DNA of 63,758 nt, filler included, from Neoconidiobolus thromboides FSU 785 (GCA_025603075.1; 9 parts of 9 records of this genome joined end to end with filler, not necessarily neighbours in it); one strand, 5' to 3'; numbered from the whole stretch's first letter, positions 49,078-60,948 are shown. The notes: generated by a model from the sequence alone, not told the origin. Numbers and translations: made by a program.

Positions 49078-50181
49078 CTAATTGGTAAATCTAGGATAAT
49101 CAGTGTACCCAACATGACGGTCTTCACCTTTATATGAATAGAGAGAAGAATAGTTAGTAATTTGAGACAATTCATGGTTGTTAAAGAAACGTTCAGGAAG
49201 ATCTGGATTAGGAATAAACCTACGACCATATACTACTGCATCAACTTTACCATCTGCAATGTATTTGTCTCCCTCTTCAGCGTTAAAGCCTCCATTAATA
49301 AATATCTTCGCATTTTTGATTAATGGAAAGAATTTTTCAACGTCAAATTTAAGACCACGACCAGTTGGATCAAGATCGGGAAGATAGCGCATAATCTGAA
49401 TATAAGCAACTTCACGTTTATCAAGTTCAGAAATTAAATATCCAAATAACTTATAGGCTTCTTCTTCAGTTTTTTCGCCTACATCGTTATAGCCGCCACA
49501 AGGAGTTAGTTTGATACCAACTCTGTCAGCAGAAAATACTTCTATCAAAGCATCAATAACTTCAAGAACAAAGCGAGAACGGTTTTCAATGCTACCACCA
49601 TAATTATCAGTACGTCGATTTGAGTTAGAGTCAAGGAATTGATGTGGTAAATAGCCATTAGCACTATTTAATTCAATACCATCAAATCCTGCTTCTTTAG
49701 CATTGATAGCAGCTTGTTTGAAGTTTTGTACATATTCTTTAGGATCTTGAATAGCCTTTGGAACAGAATAACCAGGGTTTCCTTCAAGTGAACGGAACTT
49801 TCCACCATTGGCTTTAATAGCAGAAGGACCTGATGGAGCTATACCAGCATTAAGTAAGGTATTGCCTAGTCTTCCCAAGTGCCATAATTGTGCAAAAATA
49901 TAGCTATCTTTTTCATGTACTTTATCGGTTACTATCTTCCACCCTTTGATTTGCTCTTTGCTCCAAATTCCAGGTACTTCTGACCATGCAATACCCTGTG
50001 GCTCGATAAGGACACCTTCAGATAATATTAAGCCTGCGGATGCTCTTTGACCATAGTATTCAGCAAATAGTTCATCAGGGACAATCCCACGATTACGAGT
50101 TAAGGAAGCAAGAACTACTCGATTTTTGAGTTTTAACCCTTTAAGATTTAATGGCTGTTGTAAGTTTTTGTTATATGACAT
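49078..50181 (-). CDS. Old yellow enzyme family NADH:flavin oxidoreductase
   Basis: LKNRVVLASLTRNR, YYGQRASAGLI, QLWHLGR, NSANGYL, RTDNYGGSIENRSRF, GRRFIPNPDL, GYTDYP. Intronless. Confidence 0.95.
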   Translation of the reverse strand: MSYNKNLQQPLNLKGLKLKNRVVLASLTRNRGIVPDELFAEYYGQRASAGLILSEGVLIEPQGIAWSEVPGIWSKEQIKGWKIVTDKVHEKDSYIFAQLWHLGRLGNTLLNAGIAPSGPSAIKANGGKFRSLEGNPGYSVPKAIQDPKEYVQNFKQAAINAKEAGFDGIELNSANGYLPHQFLDSNSNRRTDNYGGSIENRSRFVLEVIDALIEVFSADRVGIKLTPCGGYNDVGEKTEEEAYKLFGYLISELDKREVAYIQIMRYLPDLDPTGRGLKFDVEKFFPLIKNAKIFINGGFNAEEGDKYIADGKVDAVVYGRRFIPNPDLPERFFNNHELSQITNYSSLYSYKGEDRHVGYTDYPRFTN

Positions 50182-50291
50182 TGACTGTATTATTTAATAT
50201 AATCTTAATTGTTTGGTTCTTTGATTTCTTATTAAAAGCATGTCATTACTTTATATACACAAGTTGTTCATAGCCTATTATCAATATACTA

Positions 50292-50495
50292 TACAACGAT
50301 TTGAATAAATTATCCTAACTTTATGAAGAGGCTTCCAACTTAAATTGCATCTTTTTCCGATATTTTTCTAAAAATACTTATTATTACTTTATATGTATAA
50401 ACTTTCCTTAGCTTATTATTGACATATTGTACAATAATTTGAATAAATTATCCTAATTTTAAGAAGAGGCTCTCAACTTAAATTACATCCCTTTT
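50292..50495 (+). repeat. Imperfect direct duplication (~80-bp units) upstream of OYE
   Basis: ATTTGAATAAATTATCCTAA..AAGAGGCT..CAACTTAAATT.CATC occurs at ~50299 and ~50417. Confidence 0.85.
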
Positions 50496-50750
50496 TCCGA
50501 ATTTTCATAAAAATTATATCAACTTGAAAATTCAAGACTGAATAAAATTGACTAAAATTGAATAAAAATAAAAGTTAACTTTAACCATAATAAATTTTTA
50601 TATAAACCTATCGTTTGAAATCTCACTATTTTCTGTTTGCATTAGGGAAAATGCTAAAATGTAGGGTTTTTTGTTTTTATATAATATTAGTTTTTTGATA
50701 TTTTCAACAAAAGGCAAAACTAAGTTTGGATTTAAATAAAGGATCTATAT

Positions 50751-51544
50751 GGGGTTGTCTGAATTAGTTTCATTATTTTATCCAATTTTTTATTAAAACA
50801 AAAGTATTCAGACACAGTTCTAAATCATTCTATTATAATCTATACTCTGAATTAGTTGAATTTCTACTAGATCTTAAATACATATTCTCATAAAACTTTA
50901 TTGAGAAACGTTTATTATTGACCACTTTATAACCAATATTGTAGATTTGTTATCAAATAAATAAACTATCTTAATGCTGTAATTACATTATTATTATATT
51001 ACTAAGTTAGTAAATAGCTGCATGGGAGGGAGTGGTTAGCCCCAAAACTATAATTAACCATTCCTATATAATACAATGTGAAATCTGGTACTCAGTGATT
51101 AGAGTCAAAAAAGCTATTTCCTGGTTGACTACATTATAAGTCGAAAGATCTTAGTATATATGGCTAAGATAGACTTGGATTATGAAGAATATCACTTAAT
51201 AGGCTACAGACTATGTAGAACAAATAGAATAGACAATACTAATGTAAAATCTATGTAAAATACTATTAGGAAAACCTAGTGGCTTTATTAAATATACGAG
51301 ATATCAGGGAATAACTCAGTCAAAAGCCTCGAGCTACTATATTATAGAATCTCTTTTATACTCTGACAAATATAAATATGAGAATGAGAAGATAATATTC
51401 TTTGGGATGAAGCTAGAAATTCTCATAGCAAGCCAAAACAAGAGCATAGGACTGGTTACTTCTAAGCTCGAGAATACAACAACTTAGGCGATTATTATGC
51501 TATAATTAACCATGGGGCTGAAAAAGCGATATTTCACAAAAGTA
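50751..51544 (-). mobile_element. 3' terminal portion of long Sola-like element with nested solo LTR (51077-51538)
   Basis: ATAT|GGGGTTGTCTGAATTAGTTTCATT terminus; same LTR insertion point as at 44567. Confidence 0.8.
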
Positions 51545-51567
51545 TGATGAATTAAACATTAGATTAT

Positions 51568-52911
51568 TTATAAACTTAACCAAGTTAATAATGGAATATT
51601 TACGAGTTTATCGTAAAGCTCATTATCGATAGTAGGTACATCAGGGGCAATGATTAATAAAGGAGTAGTAAGCCTATAATTAACTTCAGAGCCTGCATCT
51701 TTTAATGTAAAATCAATAAGTTTAATTGCTTTAAGGTTTGGGAAAAATTCTAATAATAATAAAAAGTCATCAAGTCTAGTTCCATAACCAAATTCAACTA
51801 TAATTTGATTGACATGTTTACATTTGTATTCATTACAATTGGTAGTATTGACAGTTTTATCTATATTAAAATTAAGCTCTTTTGTTATTCCTTTAATAGC
51901 GTACCTTAAATAATCAACATGAATTTTTTGAATAGTAGGTACTAAAGAAATAGCCTTTAAAATTTCTTTTGTTACTTGACTAATATATACTTCTTCTAAC
52001 GCTGAAAAATTTGACAGATCACAATTTACTAATTTAAAAAGATTCAAGTAGCCCAAAGAAGTGATGTTGGTGTTTTTAAGAATGTTCATAACATCCTTTT
52101 TATTTATCTCTAAATAAGAGCTGGAACAATCAATATACTTTATCTTCTTCATTTTACTAAGATCACCAAAATAGCTGATATTAAAGTTAGTTCCAAAAGG
52201 AGCTTTGATTTCTAGTTTTAAACAGGAAGCAAAGTTTATGCTTGGATTAAACATAGTAGTGACTTCGATACTATCATATGCTTTTAGACATAATTCTTCC
52301 AAATTAATAAACTCGGTTTTAATTTTATCCAATTCATCAAAATTTAAAGTAGTGCGACAGAATATCTTAAGAGACTTTATTTTACTTGGGTCTAAACATT
52401 TGATAATATCCTTTATATCTCCAGCGTTACATTTAATATTCAAATCTTCTATTTGATTTAGATATTTCTCAAACAAGTTTAATGTTGAAGAAGAATTACT
52501 GAAAATAGCATCTATAAAGATTTTTTTCAATTTCGGCAATTGAATTTTAATTCTACCACTGATGGGAATCCCAACTACACGCTTATGATAAGTAATAGCT
52601 GTTAAATTTGGGCAATAATTAATGTAATTGATAGTGTCATCATCTACAATCAAATGCTTTATGATCTCTCCATCTTTGAAAATAAATTCTTGTTGATATT
52701 TGATAAAATTTGTAAAATTTAAGCTTGTATCTACTAACTCATCTTCGAAGTCATCTTCACTGTACTTTGAATAAATTAGTTTAAACTTGATAGCCCCCTG
52801 TATAACATTGTATAGGCCTTTATTTAATAAGCGTAAATTGAAAAGTTCTCTAATACTAATTTGTTTGAATATCCCATATAACAAATCACTTGGTAATTGA
52901 TCAAATTCCAT
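51568..52911 (-). CDS. F-box/LRR-like protein
   Basis: MEFDQLPSDLLYGIFKQISIRELFNLRLLNK F-box, followed by degenerate LRRs. The likely start is 52911 rather than 52998. Confidence 0.85.
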   Translation of the reverse strand: MEFDQLPSDLLYGIFKQISIRELFNLRLLNKGLYNVIQGAIKFKLIYSKYSEDDFEDELVDTSLNFTNFIKYQQEFIFKDGEIIKHLIVDDDTINYINYCPNLTAITYHKRVVGIPISGRIKIQLPKLKKIFIDAIFSNSSSTLNLFEKYLNQIEDLNIKCNAGDIKDIIKCLDPSKIKSLKIFCRTTLNFDELDKIKTEFINLEELCLKAYDSIEVTTMFNPSINFASCLKLEIKAPFGTNFNISYFGDLSKMKKIKYIDCSSSYLEINKKDVMNILKNTNITSLGYLNLFKLVNCDLSNFSALEEVYISQVTKEILKAISLVPTIQKIHVDYLRYAIKGITKELNFNIDKTVNTTNCNEYKCKHVNQIIVEFGYGTRLDDFLLLLEFFPNLKAIKLIDFTLKDAGSEVNYRLTTPLLIIAPDVPTIDNELYDKLVNIPLLTWLSL

Positions 52912-54288
52912 TTTTTGTAAAAATAAAGATGAAAAACAATTTTTAAGGATCCGTAAGAAATAAAATAAAATAATATAATATATATGCTTACAATGCATTT
53001 CTGTTTAAAATTATAAAAGTTTGTAAAAATGAGGACATCATTAGTCAATAGTGATGTAAAAATAACACTACAAGTTACAATAAGCTTTCGAGTTTTAACT
53101 TTTAGAACCTTAACAAAATGTTATTTGATATAGTAGCTGAAATGATTCAATAGTTTATTTCATGAAGATATAAAGTTTGTTTTAACAATATCTATCAGGT
53201 TTGATGTATACAATGTATTTTATATCTTCAATTTCATAACCTATCATATCATCAATAAAATCTCACCTCCATAAACTTTAATTTTGCTACTGGCATTACC
53301 ACCCAATAAATCCAAAGAACCCTAAGGCTTTTAAATTAATTCTTTATAAATCTAAAATCGATGTCTTTCATACCATATTATAAAGCTTAAAACAATGCCA
53401 AAAAGTATCTCAAAGATAATTTTACCACCAACCTTCTACATCTCAAACTTAAGAAGAACCGAGAAATCTTATGAACTCAAGGACACAAACTAGTTCCCTA
53501 TAGCTTTAAATAGTTGATCATATCCTAATAATTTTAGTTAGATACTCTGAAAAGTCAATCTAACTGCTATAATTTTTAAATGGCCAAGGGGGAAATAAAT
53601 GATAAGATAAAGAGTATAGAAAAACCTAGAGCAATAGTAACAGATGGAGTTTTTAAGTGAGTGAAGCAAGAAATTAGGTAAAACTTGAAAGATAGATGAG
53701 TTGAAATTGACTGCATCTCAATAACTAGGAAGTTAGGTTTCTTTAAACTTTTTATTAATGTTCCAAATTTTTGTTTGATTAGGAACCTAAAGCTGTACAA
53801 CTGGTTACAATTGAATAAAAAATAGAATCATATTCTGTGATAAACTTAGTTGAGTTGTACAAGTAACACGGGGTAATCGTTAAAAAGGATCTAAAATTCA
53901 AACTTAGCCCATATGTCAAAAAATATGGCAATTAAAATTTATTTTTTTCAACGTTGAATTTTAAATTTCCAAATAAAGAAATATTGCTAGTGTCAAGTAA
54001 TTTAAAATATTCACATATATTTATCTTGTCATTTATAGTATTATCGATTTATTGCAGCATAAGAACTATTTTGATATAGTCAAAGACTACAGTATTGAAA
54101 TACTAATTAAACTGATCTCTATGATAATAAAATGAGTAAATCAAAAATTAATAAAAAAAATTATTTTTATTTTTTATTTGAAAATGAAATGTTTAATTAT
54201 TATGATTATTAATATTTAGTATATATCTTCTTATACCAAAAAAAGAAGAAAAATAGATGTAATGCGTCGATTAAAAATAGTCAGAATC

Positions 54289-55077
54289 TTAATATAAAGC
54301 TAAAATTGCGCCCAAAACAATCAATGAAAAGCCATGGGAAACATTATAACTTGAACCAGAAGTATTGTTTCCCATTGATTTCATACTCATGCTCATAGAA
54401 GAACTAGCCTTACTCATTGCTTTTGAAGCGCTGCTCAAAGCCATAGAAGTTGATAAGCTAGCTTGTCTACTACTACTCGATAAAGCATTAAAATTTTTAT
54501 TACTTGGGGTAGGGAAGTAAGTATTACTATTCCATCCCTTATTAATTTGTTGAATACTAGGATGATTATTCAAGGCTGGCATCCATTTATTATTACGCTG
54601 ATTATTATTGGAAGGAGTAGGTAAAAAGGTTTGTCCTGGTAATAATGTGCTTGTAGAAAGTGGCATAGCTTGCCCATTTTGTGGGTTAATCGTGGTGAAT
54701 ACTACTACTGTAGCTACATTAGCATTTGGTGTATTAGCATTATTGGCGCTGTTTGCGTTATTGGCATCATTCACATTGTTTAAGGTTGGTTGAATTGGTA
54801 AATTGCGATTATTGGCATTAGTATTAGGTAAATTGTTATTCATTGGGAGCGCTACTCCTTGAGCTTGAGATTGACCATTAGGTGTAAAGCAAAAACAACC
54901 CATGGAGTTGGCACTAGATGGATTTTCATTACAAATTGCATTACATGAAGTGTTTAATTCCAATTTACTCCTCACTTGGCTGTCATCGATACTATCTTCA
55001 CCCTCTTCTTTACCATTAAAATGATTTAATGCAGCAAATATTTGGCTGGTATATAAGGCTATGAGAAGGAATTTCAT
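54289..55077 (-). CDS. Secreted Asn/Ser-rich, probably GPI-anchored surface protein
   Basis: Signal peptide, small Cys motif (CNAICNENPSSANSMGCFC), N/S-rich linker, C-terminal small-residue site and hydrophobic tail. Confidence 0.8.
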   Translation of the reverse strand: MKFLLIALYTSQIFAALNHFNGKEEGEDSIDDSQVRSKLELNTSCNAICNENPSSANSMGCFCFTPNGQSQAQGVALPMNNNLPNTNANNRNLPIQPTLNNVNDANNANSANNANTPNANVATVVVFTTINPQNGQAMPLSTSTLLPGQTFLPTPSNNNQRNNKWMPALNNHPSIQQINKGWNSNTYFPTPSNKNFNALSSSSRQASLSTSMALSSASKAMSKASSSMSMSMKSMGNNTSGSSYNVSHGFSLIVLGAILALY

Positions 55078-56263
55078 TTTTTTGGATATTGGTATAGAAG
55101 ATAATTTTTTATGATAATTAAAGTGTAGGTTTTTTTAAATATTTATATACTGATACAATTATTTTACATATTTTCCGTTACTATTTTTTTGGAATAGAAA
55201 ACTCGAAAATTTTCCGTTAGTGTAATAAATTTCATCTTTTTTTCTGTTGTCTTTAAAAATGCTCGATTTGTATGGAGATTAATGTGCCAGCTTAATTTTT
55301 TGAAAAATAAAATTCTTAGTCAACTTAGCTATTTTTAACGTCTTATTTCTATTTTCATCTTTTTAATTTCCACATGAAGTCTTTAACTGCTTAAAGTTAA
55401 CTTCTTTTTTAAAAAATGTAATGTTTTTATACTTTATTCAGTAGCATTACTAGTGCTATCAATAATAATAAATACTTATTACTATCATTTGACATTCTTT
55501 AATTTGCTTTGCTTAGTAATTAAATTACTTTTTGTTTTCTGGGGAATTGTATATTAGAACACATTTATTTTACCATATTAAAATAAAGACTAATAATTAA
55601 TTATATGATATGAAATTGACTAACGAGATTCGTATTTATAATAATGCTATTAAATGTAGTATTTTCCTATGCTACCCTAAGCTGAACTTTGGATGCTTGA
55701 ATGAATAAGGTTCTCAAATATGATTAGACATACTAAAAGAAAATTTAAGAAATCAATATTAACGAAGGCATATAACAATCGATACAGTCAAATTATAGTT
55801 TTCCTTCAAAAACGAAATGACTTTTTGTATATTTTTTGTATAAAAATAATTTAGAGGCATGAAATATTGGGCTCAAAAATAAGATTAAAAATTCAATTCA
55901 ATTCAATTAATCGAATATAAAAATTAATAGTTTAAAGTTAATATCATTTATTACCGTGATACTTTAAAGTAATATTTAAATAATATTCCATAAAACAACA
56001 GTAAATAAACTTTAAAAAGCTAGTAAAATAAGTAAAAAAATAAAGCCACGTAGATCAAAACAAAAGTAAAAATATACACTTAGCCACCGAAAATACAAAA
56101 CCCCCACGAATGATTCATTGTTTTATTCAGCCAAAGAAAATAAAAAACACAGTATTACTAATAAATAAACTATATAAACAATTAGTTATTTATTTACTTC
56201 ATTTACAGTTCTCTCTTACTTACAAATATTTAGCTGGTACTAAATTCAATCAAACTTACTTTA

Positions 56264-56620
56264 ATGATCATGCTTAAATCACACTTCTTATTACTTACAT
56301 CCTTTGTCGGCGTCTCGCTTGCTCAATATCCAGTTGGTAACTACTAATAGTGTATTTAATAAAGGTTTTCACTAAAATTTTAATTTCAAATAGTAATAAT
56401 ACGACCCAATGGCGAGCGAGCAGAAATAGGTCCTGGACCTGGATGTTTCGGAGTACAGGGACCGGTGTATGAAGTAAAAGTACCTTATAATCAAAACGTT
56501 CAATTTTTTAGTGATTACGGGTGTAAAGGACAATGTACTTATACTGGTGGCTCTAGGGTGTTTCAATATAATTCACCACTGGTTTATTCCATTCAAATTT
56601 ATAACCAAGTTTATTATTAA
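56264..56620 (+). CDS. Small secreted ~99-aa protein, possible beta/gamma-crystallin-like fold (one intron; absent from ORF track)
   Basis: Exon 56264-56336, GT-AG intron 56337-56393, exon 56394-56620: MIMLKSHFLLLTSFVGVSLAQYPVVIIRPNGERAEIGPGPGCFGVQGPVYEVKVPYNQNVQFFSDYGCKGQCTYTGGSRVFQYNSPLVYSIQIYNQVYY*. Confidence 0.8.
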
Positions 56621-57075
56621 AGCGGTAGATGTGATTGTATATTAAGATTGTTTCTTATATGTTTTTATTATATTAATTAGATTTCTTTGTTTATATAATA
56701 GTTTTAGTACATATGTTATAGTTTTTTAATAGAATTGTTTTCTGCTTTTAAAGTAAATAAATGGATATCGTAAAGTAGTTGATAATATAAAAGTTAAAGG
56801 TAATAGTTGCAAGCATAAGATCCAAGTGAGTTTTATGGCGTTTTTTAAGCAGTTATGAATACAAAACATATAAACAATTTATATTAATGATTTAAAAAGG
56901 CTTATAAAATACCCTTATCGTTTTACTTTTATTAACTGTATTATAATTCCCCTGTATTACTGCATTTAATTACATATTACAACCAAATTGGTTTCCAATA
57001 CCTTCAACTTAGCAAATTTTAAAAATAAACAAATTGTTCAGCGAACTTCCTCAATATTGTATTTAATGGCTATAT

Positions 57076-57174
57076 AGAGATGTATTTTTATGTTTAGAAA
57101 TTTTACTAGCAATCTTTCCACTTAAGTAACGCTCAAAAGATGGAAAAAGTGATGAGGCCAAAAAAAACACCCCC
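57076..57174 (+). mobile_element. MITE with ATAT target duplication
   Basis: ATAT|AGAGATG...CACCCCC|ATAT. Confidence 0.88.
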
Positions 57175-57715
57175 ATATGTTAGATAGCATTGCTTCTCAA
57201 ATTTATTTTATATACTAAAGGCTCTAAACGATTATTCTATTTTGTTTTATTTAGCTTAAGACGTTCTTGTTTTAATTTTTTTAATTTTCTGGTATAACTT
57301 TTTATATTTGTATACAAGCTTAAATCTGGATTGTATTTTTTATTAATTATATAAAAATAAAATCTTTACATATTATTGAAAATCCAAAATTCATGATATT
57401 GATAAAAATCAGTTTTAATATAATCAAGTAAAATCAGTTTTTGTATTAAAAAATAAAAAAAATTAATAAAAAACAAGTGGTAAAACTAGAAAAAACGCTT
57501 TTGTACAGTCCAATATTAAATTAATTGAGCTATTAACTAAAAAATATATAATAAGATAAATTGTTTTTTATTTAATTAAATTTTTTTAATAACAAAATTA
57601 ATTAACAAGTACTTAACTTTTTATATTAATATAAGTTTAATTTCTTTACATTAATATATGAAATTATTAAAATTTTTACAAACAATTTAAAAAACTTAAG
57701 ATTCAAGTATATCAA

Positions 57716-58147
57716 TGTGGAATCTTGATAATCAGTAGTTGGAATCAGAAGGTCTTAGTTTATGTGACTAAGATAGACTTGAATTATGAAGAATAACACG
57801 TAGTAGGCTACGGGCTATATAAGACGATTATAATAGACAATATTGCTGTGAAATCTATGTAAAATACTATCACAAAAATTTGGTGGCTTTACTAAGCATA
57901 CGAGATATCAGGGAATAATTCAGTTAAAAAGCCCTAAGTTACCATGTTGAAGAATTTCTTTTATACTCCAATAGTATGGATACCAAAACGAGAGGATAAT
58001 ACTCTTTGTAATGTGAAGTTAGAACTTATCATAGCAAATCAAAATAAGAAGATTGGGATTAATTGTATTTGAGCTTGATAACAATAACAACAACTTAAGT
58101 TGTTGTTGTTATAATCAATCATAGAGCTAACAAAGCGATATTTCACA
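57716..58147 (+). mobile_element. Older solo-LTR-like copy
   Basis: TGTGGAATC...ATTTCACA; more diverged; flanks unrelated to the other copies. Confidence 0.75.
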
Positions 58148-58167
58148 TTAAAGTGATTAGTGTATTC

Positions 58168-59499
58168 GGGGATTTGTTTTTTTGTTTAAGAATTTTACCA
58201 ACAATTTTTCTGTTCAAATAGTGCTTAAAAAATCGAAAAAGTGATAAACCAAAGAGAACATCCCCATTTTAATTACATTTTTAATTAAAAACATTTTTGC
58301 ATTATTTTTTTTAACTTAGATCTATTTTAATAAAATTATGTTTAAAACTATTTGTTTTTATGCCTATTTTTTGACTATTTAGAACTGCTAAAAGTTTTAG
58401 TTTTTAGCCTAGAAAATTATCATTTAATAAAACTAAAAAAAAATTAAATAAAAAATACATCCTTATGTACTTTAAATGTTAAAAAAGCAATTATTATAAT
58501 TTTTAAGAACAATAATTTTACAAAAATCTCAACTTTAGCATTTTTGATTTCTTTAACTAATTTAACTGTAATTTGAGGTGTTTTTTTTGATTTCATCACT
58601 TCCTCTGTTTTTAAGTACTATTTAAGTGGAAAGATTGTTAGTAAAATTAAACAAAAAAATACATCCCCGTTATATTTAAATTTGCTATAAGAATTTTTAC
58701 TACTTAATTGCAAGAAATATTATTTTAATATTTAGTATTTACATTTGATAATTATAATAGAAAATTATAACTTTTATTATATTTTTTATATATTTTTTAA
58801 TTATTTTTTGATATTAGGGGTGAATTTTTGTGTTTAGAATTTTACTAACAATTTTTCCACTCAAATAATATTTAAAAATAAAAAAGTAATGAAATCAAAA
58901 AAAACATCTCGATTGTTTTTTATTAGAACTATTAAGTTTTTCATAAAATATTTTATATAAATTATGTAATTATATAAGGGTGTTTAGTTTTATCACTTTT
59001 TTGCTTTTTAAATGCTATTTAACCAAAAAAATTATTAATAAACTTTAGATATAAAAATACATCCCCATACTTTTTACTTTATTTGTTTTATGAGTTACAG
59101 CTTACTACATATTATAATTTATAGTTTATTTATCTTAGTTATATAAACTGAAACTTGTTAATTTGTAATTAATTAATTTAAAATAAATCTCAATTTCAAC
59201 CACAAAGTATCAGTTTTATAAAGCATTTAAATAAAACAAAACTTGTAACTTTTTATAAATTTATTTTTTAAACATTTAAACCTATATAAAATTTATTATA
59301 AAGCTAAAAAACCCTTTTTACAAACTTTAATGCAAGTTTAATTAAATTTAGTAGCTTTTGATTTTTTGATGCATTTTATGTATTATATATATTTGCTGAA
59401 AGCATTTCGGAATGTATTTTTGTGTTTAATTTTACTAACAAATTTTCGCTCAAAGTGCTCAAAAGATGGAAAAAGTAGTGAAGCCAAAAAAACACTCCC
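58168..59499. mobile_element. Cluster of five MITEs (58168-58265 +, ~58574-58668 -, 58817-58911 +, ~58976-59066 -, 59408-59499 +)
   Basis: Consensus matches; the last copy is flanked by ATTT/ATTT. Confidence 0.85.
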
Positions 59500-59883
59500 A
59501 TTTGTAAAACATACATTTTGATTTTTTAGTAATTGTAGTAAATTAAGCATATGCTACTCTTTGATTGGATATCTTGAATCCAATTAACAATTGCTAAAGA
59601 TTGAATGATGTTTTTATTCCTTATGAATTCAAAACCAAGCTTAATATTCATAATAACTGGTTATGTTTCAGGGTGATCACATAATTTTATAGTCAAATGG
59701 ATTTTCAAATAAAAATTGAAATTTTGAACAATAATTCAAAAGTATAAAACGCAAGCAAAAGTATTCAAATTGTTAATTTCAATTTTAAATTTATTTGTTT
59801 TTTTAGCTTGATCCTTTTTTTACTTTAACTTTATATCACTATCGCTTTAATCATATCAACTTCACTTTTATCTTCTATCCACA

Positions 59884-60243
59884 ATGCCAAAATTTACAAG
59901 CAAACCTAATAATAACAATTCCATTGATAAGCTCTGCTCTAGAATGGAAGCTTTGTCACTTGCTGATAGAATCACCTCTAAAGATATGGACCAATTAGTA
60001 GGTAGAGTCCATTCGTTAACGTTAAATGAAACAAAATCTACCATCCAACAAAAGTTAAATCATAAGAGAAATAAAAAAATGATACAAACGCAAACAGATA
60101 AGGTATTAGCAATTATTAAACGGATTCTTAGCGATAAGGTTGAAAATGAAAAAGATGCTTTTACCTGCATCTTGAACAAGAGAAAGCAAGTAACACCTTG
60201 TTATTTGGAATTTATCGCAATTTCTAAGAAATACCACTTTTAA
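59884..60243 (+). CDS. Hypothetical 119-aa protein
   Basis: Intact ORF with duplicated motif IDKLCSRMEALSL / MDQLVGRVHSLTL; no family recognised. Confidence 0.45.
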   Translation: MPKFTSKPNNNNSIDKLCSRMEALSLADRITSKDMDQLVGRVHSLTLNETKSTIQQKLNHKRNKKMIQTQTDKVLAIIKRILSDKVENEKDAFTCILNKRKQVTPCYLEFIAISKKYHF

Positions 60244-60948
60244 CTTGCTTTGCTTAAAGTAGATATTGATATCGTTCGATCATATGGAATATAGGGCTTA
60301 TTTTGAGAAGTTTTGTTCGTAATACTCTACTTTTACCAAGAAACCAAGAATGGGTTTGCCATTTGAACATATTTCCGCTTTTCGAAGTGATTTCTAATCT
60401 TTGTTTATATACTATTTCAAACATCTGTAATCTAAAAAAAACTTATTATTATTATTATTATTATTGTTATACAGTCCCATGAGTGAACACTTTAAATACT
60501 TTAGCTTTTATTTAATAAACTGTTTTTATATTCAACTTGTATTTATTTTTATTAAATATTGGAATATTTTCAATGAGCAATAATACTCAATGTCATTACA
60601 CTCCATTTTAAAGCACTTGATGAATTGCTTTAACTCAACCATATAAAGTAGATATTCAATGCACCAGAACTTTGTTTATTGTGAGCTACAAGGGCATATA
60701 ATCAATGATTCATTCCTAACTTAATCTGAGTTCTTTATTAAAATCAATAAAGATAATAGATAATAATAGTATGTCTTTAAGTTAATCTCATCTTTTTAGA
60801 AGTGTAATGTTTTATGTTTTATGTTTTAGATTTTACGTGGCTTGAATAATTGGCTCATAAATTGGCTATAGAAATTTATTGATTTCAATGTTCGATTTCA
60901 AATATCAACTTTTATTTTTTAATACAAATAAACATTCAATTCAACAAA

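Noticed and set aside
11651-50181. Secondary-metabolite cluster (P450, Zn2Cys6 TF, SDR, OYE)
   Set aside because: The genes lie on four different contigs, are far apart, and there is no backbone synthase.
52912-52998. 29-aa hydrophobic N-terminal extension of the F-box ORF
   Set aside because: AT-rich low-complexity sequence; the F-box begins right after the Met at 52911, the usual arrangement.
6861-53800. Short ORFs 6861-7115, 20907-21092, 43846-44031 and 53576-53800
   Set aside because: Non-ATG or weak starts, composition typical of AT-rich non-coding DNA, no motifs.
53050-53900. Possible LINE/integrase fragments (e.g. KPRAIVTDG)
   Set aside because: Motifs are too short and stop-ridden to assign without a profile search.
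935-54793. ORFs 935-1261, 1755-2006, 22262-22456, 24782-25021, 25391-25579, 29136-29324, 42719-43030, 49178-49387, 52205-52456, 52824-53048 and 54608-54793
   Set aside because: Antisense or off-frame shadows of better-supported genes or remnants, with no motifs of their own.
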